From Pachysolen tannophilus NRRL Y-2460 (taxonomy: Eukaryota), in contig KV454017.1 of NCBI GenBank assembly GCA_001661245.1, forward strand, positions 186,001 to 250,000: a DNA stretch of 64,000 bases. The letters are read 5' to 3'. Made by a program: the position numbers and the translations under genes. How positions within the stretch are numbered: position 1 is the stretch's first letter; each line of letters starts with the position of its first letter. The notes beneath the pieces are model-generated. The model saw only the letters and a program-made list of their open reading frames with translations, searched no databases and was not told the origin of the DNA. Below, in pieces: positions 49,079 through 61,057 of this stretch.

Positions 49079-49705
49079 TTTTTTTTCATGCTGTGAGAAG
49101 TGTGAATGCTCTCTTCCCGCAGGGTGAGCAAGATCGAGATTATCAAAAAATTCCAGGAAGCATACGACTACGATTACAATTACAATTACAGTTACAATTA
49201 CGATTAAAAGTATTTTTGATCGGGTCTAGACTCGAGATGCAAAATAAATGTTCAATTGATCTCAGTTAAATTATCAATAATAATATAATAATAAAACTCT
49301 TACAATGCTGCAAGTAATATTTTTAAAAAATTAAGTCTAACGATTAAAGAAAAAGTTGAATTGAAACGTACATATAAACAAAACATAATAAAATATAGTA
49401 GATCAGACAAACATAACATAATATATAAAAATGCAAATAGTAAAAAATAAAATAAAAATAAAAAAAAATAATAAAAATAATAAAAAAAAGAGTTGGAGTT
49501 ATAAGATAAAAAGATAATAAAATGTTTTTTTCCAAAACAGACAGAACAAAGATAAAAATAAAAATAAAAATAAAAATAAAAATAAACTAAAATAAAAAAA
49601 AATAAAAAAAGGTAAAAAGTGATACTACAAGATCTATAATTTTAAGAAAACAAAAACTGAACTAAAAAACAAAGTAACGAACAAGATAATAAAATTAAAG
49701 CAAGA

Positions 49706-51346
49706 CTATTTTTGTTGATTTTGCAGTTGGTTTTGAGGAGAATGGGTTTGTGATGTAGAAGCAACGGGAGCTGATTGGTTGAAGTTATAGTTGGCATAAG
49801 GTTGTTGAGGTTGAGTTGGATAGTAGTAATATGGTTGTTGAGGAACTTGCTGATAATATCCTGCATAGGGCTGTTGCTGTTGTTGTTGTTGTTGTTGTTG
49901 CAGCAGCAGCAGCTGTTGCAGCTGTTGCAGCTGTTGGCCGCCAGGTGCCGCCTGTTGTTGAGGGGTTGAAGTTCTCTCGTACTCCTGGGATTCCGCTTTG
50001 ATATTGTTTAATGAGTTTATAGATGAATTCGGTGTGTTTCCCAACTTGATGTCAGAAACATTTGAATTGATTAATGAATTTTGGTAGTACAAATTGTAAG
50101 CAGCAGCATTATTTACAGATGAAGGAATACCTGCGTTAACCGAGTTAGCAGCGGTACCTGTAGCTCCAGTAGCAGGCTGAGGATTGTTACCGGTAACACC
50201 ACCACCTGGTTGAGAAGCCAGTATTGATGATGAATTTTGATTCTGACCAGCCAACCCTGTTGTGGTTGGTGTGCCCTGTTGAATTACTCTTTTGATATCT
50301 TTAACAAAAAGTGGATATAATAAATCAACAATTCCTTCTCTTTGTGCCATGGCCAATGCTCTTTCAAATGGAATCCAAACACCTTTCAAATGCATAGAAC
50401 CAATTTTTACAACTTTACGCACTTTTTCGGATTTTAATATACCATCTCTTCTTCCACGAGTCATACGAGCAACATTTAATAATTTTGTACCATTAATCAT
50501 ATTATTATCTGCTCTTCTTACAACAGATATACCATTTGCATCAACTTGATAACATAAAGTTTTTTCATCTTCCCACATTGTTGTTGTAATTCTTGGTCTT
50601 AATCCAGGAGGTTGAATTTGACCAGCAGTAGTATTCATTATTGAAGGATATTGAGCTGATGAAGTACCAGTTTGAGTAGATCCTCCAACATTTGTTTGAT
50701 ACATTGGTGCATATGCAGGAATATAACCTCCACGGTAAGCATAACTCGAATAATCAGGTTGTTGTCCTCCCGCCTGACCTTGTTGTGGTGGAACTTGGCT
50801 ATTCTGTTGATTCATCAAATAATAAGAGTAAGGATTTTGATAATTTTGAGCTGAAGAACTATTGTTAGCTGTATTATTATTATTATTACTGTTATTATTA
50901 TTGTTATTATTATTATTATCATTGGCGGCGGCCGCACTCCCAGATGTTGTGTTACCCGCTTGTGCCGCGGCGGCGGCATTCGCGCTAGTGCCAGCAATTT
51001 GATTATTTTGACCTGCAGCACCCATCTGTTGAACCGATTGGAAATATTGCTGATATTGATCAGGATAACCCAAATACGGCCTGGCCCCCGCCTGAGTATT
51101 GGAAGTAGACATACCATAACCTAAAGGTGTTTGATACTGTGGATACGGTAACATGCCACCTGGAACTTGTTGTTGATATTGCTGACCGGCATTTGCCTGT
51201 GTGCTTGAAGCACCAGCGTTATTAGTATTACTAGAACTCGTCAAACTCGAAGACTGCTGTTGATTTATGTGATTGGATTGTTGAGGTGTTGACTGTTGAT
51301 TATTTGTAGGTGAAATTGTTGGCAGTTGTGATTGATCGATTGACAT
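49706..51346 (-). CDS. EFG1: APSES transcription factor (Efg1/Sok2/Phd1/StuA family)
   Basis: [81 protein letters not shown]-rich flanks; about 4 kb upstream intergenic region. Confidence 0.9.
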   Translation of the reverse strand: MSIDQSQLPTISPTNNQQSTPQQSNHINQQQSSSLTSSSNTNNAGASSTQANAGQQYQQQVPGGMLPYPQYQTPLGYGMSTSNTQAGARPYLGYPDQYQQYFQSVQQMGAAGQNNQIAGTSANAAAAAQAGNTTSGSAAAANDNNNNNNNNNSNNNNNTANNSSSAQNYQNPYSYYLMNQQNSQVPPQQGQAGGQQPDYSSYAYRGGYIPAYAPMYQTNVGGSTQTGTSSAQYPSIMNTTAGQIQPPGLRPRITTTMWEDEKTLCYQVDANGISVVRRADNNMINGTKLLNVARMTRGRRDGILKSEKVRKVVKIGSMHLKGVWIPFERALAMAQREGIVDLLYPLFVKDIKRVIQQGTPTTTGLAGQNQNSSSILASQPGGGVTGNNPQPATGATGTAANSVNAGIPSSVNNAAAYNLYYQNSLINSNVSDIKLGNTPNSSINSLNNIKAESQEYERTSTPQQQAAPGGQQLQQLQQLLLLQQQQQQQQQQPYAGYYQQVPQQPYYYYPTQPQQPYANYNFNQSAPVASTSQTHSPQNQLQNQQK

Positions 51347-54300
51347 TTTTTTTTTTGTGTTTTTTTATTTTTGTTTTTTTTTTTCAAAAAAAAATTTTTT
51401 TTTTTCTTACAATTTCTCCTTCAGAGTTTTTAATCTATCCGTTATATCAAACCAGATATCCAAATATCAATTCTAAAAAATCTTTTCAAAAGAAAGAAAG
51501 GAAAATATATATATATATATATATAAAATAATTTTTTAAATTTTTTTTAGATAGATTAATGAATTTGGAAAAAATAGGTAAGAAATATGGGAAAAAAGTA
51601 GATTTTGTTTATGATTTATATACAAGTGTGTAGTTCAAAGTATCGTGCTGCAAGCATGAATCTATTATAATTATATGCTGTTCTGAAAATAAAATTAAAT
51701 TACACTTTAGCAGTACAGTAGCTTATTCTAGTATTTGCCCCTAGTAATACTAAATACTGTGCATAACTCTGCACTTGCCCCTACTTTAAACTTTTTTTTT
51801 TTCTTGATTGGATTATTAACAAGATAAAAAAAAAAATTTTTTTTTTTATTTTATTTTTTTTTTTTTTTGGGCTTTTGGGTTTTTGGGTTTTTGAGTTTTC
51901 AGTATTATGCCGACGTACTGCTAATTTCCATATTTCCACTTACAAGTTAAAGGCAAAAAAGAAAAAAAAAAAGGTAAGGCATATGAGATTGATTTTGACG
52001 AATTAGTTGGGTTTAGTTTTAGTTAATGAGAAATTTGGTTTATAAAATAAACTATGAGAACATAAGATGTATTATGCGTCCGATTGATTTTCAGTGCTTT
52101 AAGCATACCTTACTTTTTTTTAAAAAAAAAAACAAAAAAAAAAAGATAACATTTACATAGATCTCGGTTTGAAGTGGGGACGTATCCCAAATACGCAGAT
52201 AGAAAAATCAGAAAAGTCAAAAAAAAAAAAAAAAAAAAAAAACATTAATACCAATGTTATGTAGCTTATACCGAGGGCTATTTTCTCTTATTTTTTTTAT
52301 TTTTTTTTCGTTTGTGAATGTCGCGAACGTAGAAAACTGTATATTATAAGAAACAGAATATGCAGTTGAATTAAAAAGGACATTCAAAAAATGGAGTTAA
52401 GTTCTAGTTCTAGTTCTTATACGTTAACATTTAGGTTTAAGTTTCACCATAATAACATTTGGAAAAAAATTAATTTGAGCTTTAAAGTTAAGGTCAAGAA
52501 GAAAATAAAAAGAAAAAAAAAAAAACAGAAAAGAACGATTAATTGTAGAAGATAATATATATTAAGTGTTTGTGTATGTGAAGCCTTATGATCTAGATTT
52601 AGAATTCATTATACATAGCGAAATGGTTATTAAAATTTAAGACAGCGTATGTAGGTGAGTCTGAGAAAGTCAAATTTTTGCCTTTTTGCCCAAACGAAAT
52701 TTTCTTTGCGAAAAAGAAAGAAAGAAAAAAAAAAGTTAAAAAAATGAGAGCCATAATTAGTTTTCTTATTGGCTTCCTTCCCATTTGGCCCTTATAAAAT
52801 TTCTAATATCAACTTTTCAAAGCCCAAACTAGACTAAACGATTTTGAAAAAAAAAAAGGCTCTACTAAACACAACGTAACTGGTTGAAATTTTATTTTAT
52901 TTTTTTTTCTTTGGCAACGGGCTTGGCCTAAGTGGGTCGATTTATTTTATTTAGTTCATTTGAGTAACTTAAAAATGAACCAGTTTTTCAGAATTCTGAG
53001 ATCTTCCTTTTTTATATATAGATATATATATATATATACGTACTTAAAAAAAAACTTTTGGGGGGTCGAGAAATGGTGTCCCCAGTCTTAATAATAGTTT
53101 GGATAAATCAATTAGGTTGAAGTAATGGTAAAGAATAGTTCAAAATACTTCTTTGCCAAAAGAACGCACATATATAAACGTACGGACGTACCGTAAACCT
53201 TAAAGAAAGAAAGAAAAAAAAAAAAAAAAAAAACTGACCAAATTTATTCAATAGAAAAGTAGGCAAGTAAGTAGCTAAGTATGTTACTGCCAGATTGACA
53301 AGCGCTGTTATGCTATATTTCCAATTTTTTATTAACGCAAAAGTACGCCGAAAATTCAAACTTACTGCTTAGTTATACTAAAATTCTGAATGCACATTAA
53401 AGAAAAAGTGAGAACACATGTGTATATTCAATGCAATGCTATTTTGACCGTTTTTCGCATGTGTTATACGTACGTATACGCACTTCTTAGAAATTTATCT
53501 TGATAAATTTAAATTGAATCTACACTTTTATATTACAATATTGCAATATCTTCAACTTTAAAGAGAAACAACCAACATTCACCTCAAATACGTTTAGCCT
53601 TGGAAAGCTTTTATTATTAAGATAATGCTGCTTTTTCCAAATTAGCAAATGAAAATATGACCAAGATAAGATATCTTCATGTCTACAGTACTTATATATA
53701 TATATGTATTTATATATATATCTAAACTTTGCGTCTTGAGTTTTACCGAATTAATGGCTGTTTTTTAGTTTCTTCTCTTTTAAGATTATGCTCTTATATG
53801 TTTAATATAATTTTAAACGACAATTTCGAAAACTTTTCCTGATACAATTTTTCTTTTTCCTTTTCGGTTTTATCATATCATAGTTTAACAGTTTTAGATG
53901 GAACACTAGTGGATTGTCCATCACTATAATACAACTACTAACCGTGGCTATAGAGTTAATAAATAATTAATTAATTAATATTAATTATTTAATTACTTAA
54001 TTACTTAATTACTTAAGGTCTGCTTCTCAGCTTGTATGCCTGCCAGCAGGTACAAGTAATCTCTAGACAGATATTCTCTTCAGCTCTTGCATTGATCATC
54101 TCTCTTATTGTACCACCAACTATTTGCTTTACTTCATTTTTTTTTTTGCTCTTCTTTGCCTTTAAAACTCCACATTATAATGTACCATGAATACCCCTAT
54201 TGTCTTTCTTAATTTGTCGTTGTATTCATTCTCTTTTCACTCATCATCTATCCCATCCGGACAAATATGCCCGCCCGCCATCTAGAAATTCCGGTGAAAA

Positions 54301-54350
54301 ATTTTTTTTCTTTACGGCCCGTAAAGAAAAAAAAAAAAAAAAAAGAAAAA

Positions 54351-54846
54351 NNNNNNNNNNNNNNNNNNNNNNNNNNNNNNNNNNNNNNNNNNNNNNNNNN
54401 NNNNNNNNNNNNNNNNNNNNNNNNNNNNNNNNNNNNNNNNNNNNNNNNNNNNNNNNNNNNNNNNNNNNNNNNNNNNNNNNNNNNNNNNNNNNNNNNNNNN
54501 NNNNNNNNNNNNNNNNNNNNNNNNNNNNNNNNNNNNNNNNNNNNNNNNNNNNNNNNNNNNNNNNNNNNNNNNNNNNNNNNNNNNNNNNNNNNNNNNNNNN
54601 NNNNNNNNNNNNNNNNNNNNNNNNNNNNNNNNNNNNNNNNNNNNNNNNNNNNNNNNNNNNNNNNNNNNNNNNNNNNNNNNNNNNNNNNNNNNNNNNNNNN
54701 NNNNNNNNNNNNNNNNNNNNNNNNNNNNNNNNNNNNNNNNNNNNNNNNNNNNNNNNNNNNNNNNNNNNNNNNNNNNNNNNNNNNNNNNNNNNNNNNNNNN
54801 NNNNNNNNNNNNNNNNNNNNNNNNNNNNNNNNNNNNNNNNNNNNNN
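54351..54846. other. Assembly gap (N run)
   Basis: Run of N flanked by poly-A and poly-T. Confidence 0.99.
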
Positions 54847-54896
<50 letters not shown>

Positions 54897-55335
54897 CTTT
54901 TTTCTTTAACTTTTCGAGTATGCTGCTGCTGCCTGCAAAAATCATCTGGTTTTCTGGACTATTTCTTTTTTTTTCATGCGGAAGCCTCGTGCGACCAACC
55001 ACTATTAGATTGGAGTTGCTGTATTTATAATAAGACAAGCCAAAAGAAAAAAATTTTTTTTTCTTTTTAGTCAAACATTTATGTCTATATAATTGAAATT
55101 AGTTCAGTTAAATTTTGTTGAATAAATTGAATCTACTCAAATTACTGGCTTTAAACTGATATATTTTAAAATCTATATTTGATGTTCTATATTTGGTAAA
55201 GGAGATAAGAGAACATAGTTTCAGATTGGATTAAAGCTAAGATCTCCACCCCATTCCAATTTTTGTTTGTTTTTTCTTTCTCTTTCTTTTCTGCCGAAGT
55301 GACAAATTGATTAAAGAGAAAATTTCAGTCAAATA

Positions 55336-57306
55336 ATGAGAAGAAATAAGAAAATAGTAGTGATTCTAACAATCCTGCTATTGATATTCTATACGTTAAT
55401 AACTTGTGCTTCAAATCCAGCCACAAATTTGACTGATATTACTAGCGGTTATAATGCAAAAAATGGAGGCAATAAAGAAGGAAGTGAGGATGAAGTTACA
55501 GAACCAAAACATAGTTATTATTCTCAGATAGCCTTGCTGAATCTAGAAGCTGACCAATTGGATCAAGTTTCGAATTCAAAGACTAAAGTTTATAATAATG
55601 TGCAATTTATTTATGAAAAAGCTGATGGAAGTGGACTTGTATATACAATTAAAAATGAAAATGAAAATAATAATAATAATGAGAATAAGAATGAAAATAA
55701 AGATGAAGATGGAAAAGAAATTGACCCAGATACAAATCAAATTGAAAAAAATATGACAAGAACTAATGTTAATACCGAAGGTCAAGGTCAAACCAATGGT
55801 AACAAGAAAGAAAAATTTTCTGTTAAATTGAAACCTTTTTTCTATGGAGTATTTGAATTATTATCGGATTCTACTCCAAATACTACAATAGGTAGCGAAT
55901 ATGGTTCAAGTGGGATATTAATGTATAAAGGAATAGAAGCAAGATATGATGGTGAAAAATTAACAGAAGAATTTTTAGGAAAATCTTTAATTGTTACAGA
56001 TGAAAATATTAGAGAATTGAAAAAAGCTCATCATAAGATTACTGATAACTTACCTTCATTTTTCCCACTGAATACATATTCTGGTGATGGTATAGTTATA
56101 GTAGGAGGTGGGCTGTATTCTTTATTGGCCTTACTTGTGGTGGAGACAGTAAGAAAAACTGGTTGTACTTTACCAATTGAAGTTTTCATTCCTTTAGAAA
56201 GTAATCCTGATAAAGAATTTTGTGAAAATTTATTACCTAAATTCAATGCCAAATGTATATCTATAGAAGATGTCTTGGATCGTGACATCTTGGCAAATTG
56301 GGAATTTAAAGGTTATCAATACAAATCTTTAGCCTTAATTGCATCTAGTTTTGCTCGTGTTTTATTATTAGATGCTGATAATTATCCAGTACAAAATGTT
56401 GAAAATTTATTTACTAATGAACCATTTATATCTACCGGATTAGTTTTATGGCCTGATTATTGGAGAAGAGTTACAAGTCCAGCATATTATAAAGCTGCTG
56501 ATATCACTTTGGGTAATAAATGGATGAGATTTGGTATTGATACAGTGACAAATCCCAATAAATATTCCACTGGAGAAGAAGATCCATATAGTGAAATCCC
56601 ATTACATGATAGAGAAGATTCAATTCCTGATGGTACCACTGAATCGGGACAAATTTTAATTGATAAATACCTGCATGCTGGTACAATATTATTAAGTTTA
56701 TATTATAATTTAAATGGTCCAACACATTATTATCCATTATTATCCCAAGGTTCAAGTGGTGAAGGTGATAAGGAAACTTTCTTAGCTGCTGCTACTTTTT
56801 ATGGTTATAAAAGTTATCAAGTTAAAAAAGAAGTAAATGCACATGGTTATTATAAACCTAATAATGGTGGATTTCAAGGTGTTGCCATGCTTCAACATAA
56901 TCCAATACGTGATTATGAATTATTACAAGAAGTTACAAAACTTATTCAAGAAGATAATTCACTTGATTATGATAAATATAAACTTCCAAATTTTTTTACA
57001 AGAGAAAATTCAGAATTATTATTTGTTCATGCAAATTATCCTAAATTCGAACCATTACAATTAGCAAGTTCAAATGCTTTAACTAATGAAATAGGAGAAA
57101 AATTTAGAATGTATAATAGCCAAGATATCCTTATGTTTGGTTACGATTTCGAATTAAAACAATTCGAATATATGAAGTATTATATATGCGAAATTCAATT
57201 TGAATTTGCATACCTTTCTGAAGGTATAGATAAACTGCAATTATGTAATTATATCGAAGACCATTTACTCTTCTTGCATAATACCACTACTGAAGCTAAA
57301 GATTAA
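55336..57306 (+). CDS. MNN2: Golgi alpha-1,2-mannosyltransferase (GT71, Mnn2/Mnn5 family)
   Basis: Type II N-terminal TM; GDGIVIVGGG, GYQYKSLAL, LLLDADN (DxD), WPDYWRR, TESGQ, GEGDKETF. Confidence 0.85.
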   Translation: MRRNKKIVVILTILLLIFYTLITCASNPATNLTDITSGYNAKNGGNKEGSEDEVTEPKHSYYSQIALLNLEADQLDQVSNSKTKVYNNVQFIYEKADGSGLVYTIKNENENNNNNENKNENKDEDGKEIDPDTNQIEKNMTRTNVNTEGQGQTNGNKKEKFSVKLKPFFYGVFELLSDSTPNTTIGSEYGSSGILMYKGIEARYDGEKLTEEFLGKSLIVTDENIRELKKAHHKITDNLPSFFPLNTYSGDGIVIVGGGLYSLLALLVVETVRKTGCTLPIEVFIPLESNPDKEFCENLLPKFNAKCISIEDVLDRDILANWEFKGYQYKSLALIASSFARVLLLDADNYPVQNVENLFTNEPFISTGLVLWPDYWRRVTSPAYYKAADITLGNKWMRFGIDTVTNPNKYSTGEEDPYSEIPLHDREDSIPDGTTESGQILIDKYLHAGTILLSLYYNLNGPTHYYPLLSQGSSGEGDKETFLAAATFYGYKSYQVKKEVNAHGYYKPNNGGFQGVAMLQHNPIRDYELLQEVTKLIQEDNSLDYDKYKLPNFFTRENSELLFVHANYPKFEPLQLASSNALTNEIGEKFRMYNSQDILMFGYDFELKQFEYMKYYICEIQFEFAYLSEGIDKLQLCNYIEDHLLFLHNTTTEAKD

Positions 57307-58332
57307 ATTAAAAAATCATATATTATAACAAAACATATTTTAATTATTACTATTTATCATCACTATTTATATCATCATCTAATACTATAATACATTAATT
57401 ACATTACATTACATTGCATATTATATTATATTATATTAATATTATATTTTTAAATTTAATTAAATTATATCCTCCAATCTCATTTAACCTTGTACTCTTC
57501 TTACTCTTCTTAACCTAATCTATTCATTTTAAAAATCTGGGTCTTCTCAAAAATTACCATATCAACTATCATCATCTAAACCTCTTAAAGCTTCTTAATC
57601 TCTTATCTGATGATAAGGTAGTGCTCACACGAGTGTTTCCATATCTGTGCATTTGATTTTCGTAGGACTTAATGCAGTGTTGAACTCTTTTCTGTACACA
57701 AGAACAAAACGATAGAAGACGAAAACATGAGAAAAGGGAAAAATATAGGAATCCATGAAGGAAATTAAGACTTTGAAATATACTCCAATCAATATTAATA
57801 ATAATCTTATAAGTGATAAGTAATACTTTATTCTCTTGAGAAGAAATTATTAATTTTTTTTTCTTTTTTGGCAAATTATTTATCTCTCTATTTGTACGTC
57901 AGATCTATCGGCGCTTAATTCTTATGCAACTAGTTGTTTCTTTGTTTTATCGAAGATTGTAAACTTCAAACGATTCTATTCTAACGGCGTCTATTCAATT
58001 GATATCTTAATATCTTATATATATATAAATATATGAGTGTGTGAATCTTTAGTAGACTATAGTTAGATTCAATTACAAGTTGTTTTAAGGTAAACTGGAA
58101 TCTTTGTTTCTGTTTGATTTGGTAACAAGAGAGATAGGCTTTGATATATGCTTAGTTCTTTTTATTTTATTTTTATTTTATTTTAATTAAATTAGTCTTT
58201 TGTTCTTTTTTATAAGCGTTTTCAATCTTGTTATTTTTTTAAATTGATAGAGGTTAGGAGGAGGAGGAGTGTTTTTCTTATTTTTTTCGGTTTTCATATT
58301 ATATTGTATTTCGTTGTAATTTATTTCTTTAA

Positions 58333-60879
58333 ATGGTAGATGCTTCTATAATGGACTCTCTTGATTCTTTCAAGAGCGGTAATAAAGTCATAGGAATTGG
58401 TTTTGAAGAAGAATACCCAGATAGTGGTTTATCGGATTATGATCTGTTAACATCAAGTAGTGGTAGTTCAAGTCCGAATGAATTTATATATCGAGCAAAG
58501 ACAAAGTCTAAAGTTATTCATTGGCGGCACAAAATTGTATATTTATTGAATACGATATTTTTCGTTATTTATACTAGAAGAAATGTTCATTTAAGATTTA
58601 TACCCAGTAATAAGTTAAAGCTGGCACCAAATTTGAAAAAAATTATTATATCTATAATAACAATTTATTTAATTGGAAGTTTATCAATAAATTATATTTC
58701 GGAATATTACCATCAACAAAGTATCCAACAAAGTATCCAACAAAGTGAACAACAAAGTGCACAACAGCAGCTTTTTTTATTGGCTACACAGGAAGAAATA
58801 AGAAATGAAGATTTAATAATATCATCATATGTACAAAATATCATTTCAAAATCTTTATTCCCACCTCAAACTCTCTTGTATGCGCCATCAGACGAAGAAA
58901 AATTAAATTTACTTGAATCATCAAATTATAACCTTAAACTTGCTTCAGAACATGATCCAAGATTAACTGCTGCATTATGGTTATTCAAAGTTAGGAAAAC
59001 AATTGAAAGTGGTGAATTAAATCCTATTTTTTTACAAATACCCTTTAGCTGGTCTAATTGGGTTGATTTGGATTCAAAATTGAAAAAAAAATATAAATGG
59101 TATAATTTTTTTGATAAAGAAGGTTATACTTGTAAATCTTTTAAAAATTTTTATGGAATTTCCAAAATTTTAAATCAATGTATTCCATTAGATCCTGAAT
59201 TATTTGAATCAGATTTCCCAAAATTTAAAATATCTGGTCCAGAAGATAGTCCAATGCCAACAGAAGCAAGAATAATATATGGTGCTTCATATTTGAAATA
59301 TGGAGCTACACTGCCTTCAAGAGTAATGTTTTTAAACGTTAATAAAAATCAAGGTTCATTGATAATTCCAGTATTAAAAGATATTAAAACTGGAATTCCT
59401 CAATTATACCAAAAAATTCAATTAAACAAATTATTAAAAGAATATATAGATTATGAAACAAAAAATCAGAAAAAAAATTGGTTTCAAATAGTTTCTAATG
59501 GTATTTCTGCGGCTCAGGAACTGCATGAATTGATTAATTCTTATAAGAAGTCAAGTTTAAATCTTGAAAAAGAAATTGATGATTTTGATAGAACAATGGA
59601 TACACTAAAATTTGTAAATAATGATAAACAAGAAAGCAGACAAATTCAATTGACAAAAGATCAATTTCTATGGGATACTTCTAAAGAGATAAATATGATA
59701 CAAGATCGTATTGATAAAAGTCATATAACTAATTTTCTTAATTTAGACCTTCTGTTAATTACAAATATGAAAAATGCATTATCTTTAAATTCTCAATTTC
59801 CTAAATATTTTCATGAATCACCAGTAAGAGGAAATATAATAGCAGGAGAACATTATGATTGGAGGTTTTTCAATGGCATAGATATGCCTTATTATGAACA
59901 CATATCAGTCTTGCATAGACTAATACGAACGTGGTTAAGATTTTCAAGATCAACAGGAATTGAAACTTGGATTGCACATGGAACCATGTTAGGATGGTAT
60001 TGGAATGGTTTAACAATGCCTTGGGATAGTGATGCAGATGTTCAAATGACAATGCTTTCGCTTTATAAATTGGCCAGAAACTATAATCATACATTAATTG
60101 TAGATATGACTATGGAAAATCAAAAATATAACGGAATTGGGTTTGATTCTGTTGGATCAGAAAGTTATTTCATTGATATAGGCTCTTCATTTTTTTCCAG
60201 AGTTAAGGGAAACGGTAATAATGCTATTGATGCAAGATTTATCGATACAAAAACAGGCTTATACATTGATATAACAGCATTATCATTTACAGATTTTTTA
60301 AATAACAGAAAATTGGACAAAGTACTGCGTGAAGAACTTTTAAATGTATTAGATCCAGAATATTCTCAGAAAAGGAAAGATAAAAAAATAAATCAACAAT
60401 CATATACACAAGAATTAGATAAGTTAAAATCACAAAAGTTTGTTAATAAAGAAATATTCAATTGTCGTAATGATCATTTTTACTCAATTGAGGAGTTATC
60501 ACCTTTAATACCAACATTATACGAAGGTGTCAGAGGATATGTACCAAATAATTATAAAAAAATATTAGAAAGAGAATACCCTAATGGCCTTAAAAGAGAA
60601 TATTTTCATTCCCATAATTTTAAAAGTGGTTTGGGAATATGGGTAGAAGATAGAGTTTGTCCTAAAACGGACAAGACAGGATCCAAGTGTATGGATAAAA
60701 ATGCATTAATTGAATATCACAGAACAAATCGTTATACATCTTCACATAAAAAGGAAATGGATTTATTGAAAAATGGAAATTTTATTGCATATAAAAGAGA
60801 TGAAGAGCTACCTCCTTTAAGGACAGATCCTTGGTATCTCAAACATGCAAATAAAGCAATTAGATATTTAAGTGAATAA
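58333..60879 (+). CDS. MNN4: LicD/fukutin-family mannosylphosphorylation protein (Mnn4/Mnn14-like)
   Basis: TM near the N-terminus; DPRLT, PFSWSNWVDL, KYFHE, HYDWRFF, WIAHGTMLGWYWNG..PWDSDADVQM, IDARFID..TGLYIDIT. Confidence 0.8.
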   Translation: MVDASIMDSLDSFKSGNKVIGIGFEEEYPDSGLSDYDLLTSSSGSSSPNEFIYRAKTKSKVIHWRHKIVYLLNTIFFVIYTRRNVHLRFIPSNKLKLAPNLKKIIISIITIYLIGSLSINYISEYYHQQSIQQSIQQSEQQSAQQQLFLLATQEEIRNEDLIISSYVQNIISKSLFPPQTLLYAPSDEEKLNLLESSNYNLKLASEHDPRLTAALWLFKVRKTIESGELNPIFLQIPFSWSNWVDLDSKLKKKYKWYNFFDKEGYTCKSFKNFYGISKILNQCIPLDPELFESDFPKFKISGPEDSPMPTEARIIYGASYLKYGATLPSRVMFLNVNKNQGSLIIPVLKDIKTGIPQLYQKIQLNKLLKEYIDYETKNQKKNWFQIVSNGISAAQELHELINSYKKSSLNLEKEIDDFDRTMDTLKFVNNDKQESRQIQLTKDQFLWDTSKEINMIQDRIDKSHITNFLNLDLLLITNMKNALSLNSQFPKYFHESPVRGNIIAGEHYDWRFFNGIDMPYYEHISVLHRLIRTWLRFSRSTGIETWIAHGTMLGWYWNGLTMPWDSDADVQMTMLSLYKLARNYNHTLIVDMTMENQKYNGIGFDSVGSESYFIDIGSSFFSRVKGNGNNAIDARFIDTKTGLYIDITALSFTDFLNNRKLDKVLREELLNVLDPEYSQKRKDKKINQQSYTQELDKLKSQKFVNKEIFNCRNDHFYSIEELSPLIPTLYEGVRGYVPNNYKKILEREYPNGLKREYFHSHNFKSGLGIWVEDRVCPKTDKTGSKCMDKNALIEYHRTNRYTSSHKKEMDLLKNGNFIAYKRDEELPPLRTDPWYLKHANKAIRYLSE

Positions 60880-61057
60880 GTAGTTTTGACCTAAGACTTA
60901 ATTATGTATTTAGAACAAACTTAGAATCAAAGGCTCAAGCTTATCTCTAATAAATAAATACGAAAATTACCCAGGCAATATATGTGGATCAAATAATAAT
61001 TATTTTTTCTTTTTTTTTTTTTTTTATGTAGTAATAATAAAACAACATGGGATGGAT

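Noticed and set aside
54200..55074. Long ORFs spanning the second N gap
   Set aside because: Artefacts of N runs and flanking homopolymers
57572..57874. 100-aa minus-strand ORF or possible snoRNA between MNN2 and MNN4
   Set aside because: Non-ATG start, no recognisable domain; TGATGA lacks a matching D box
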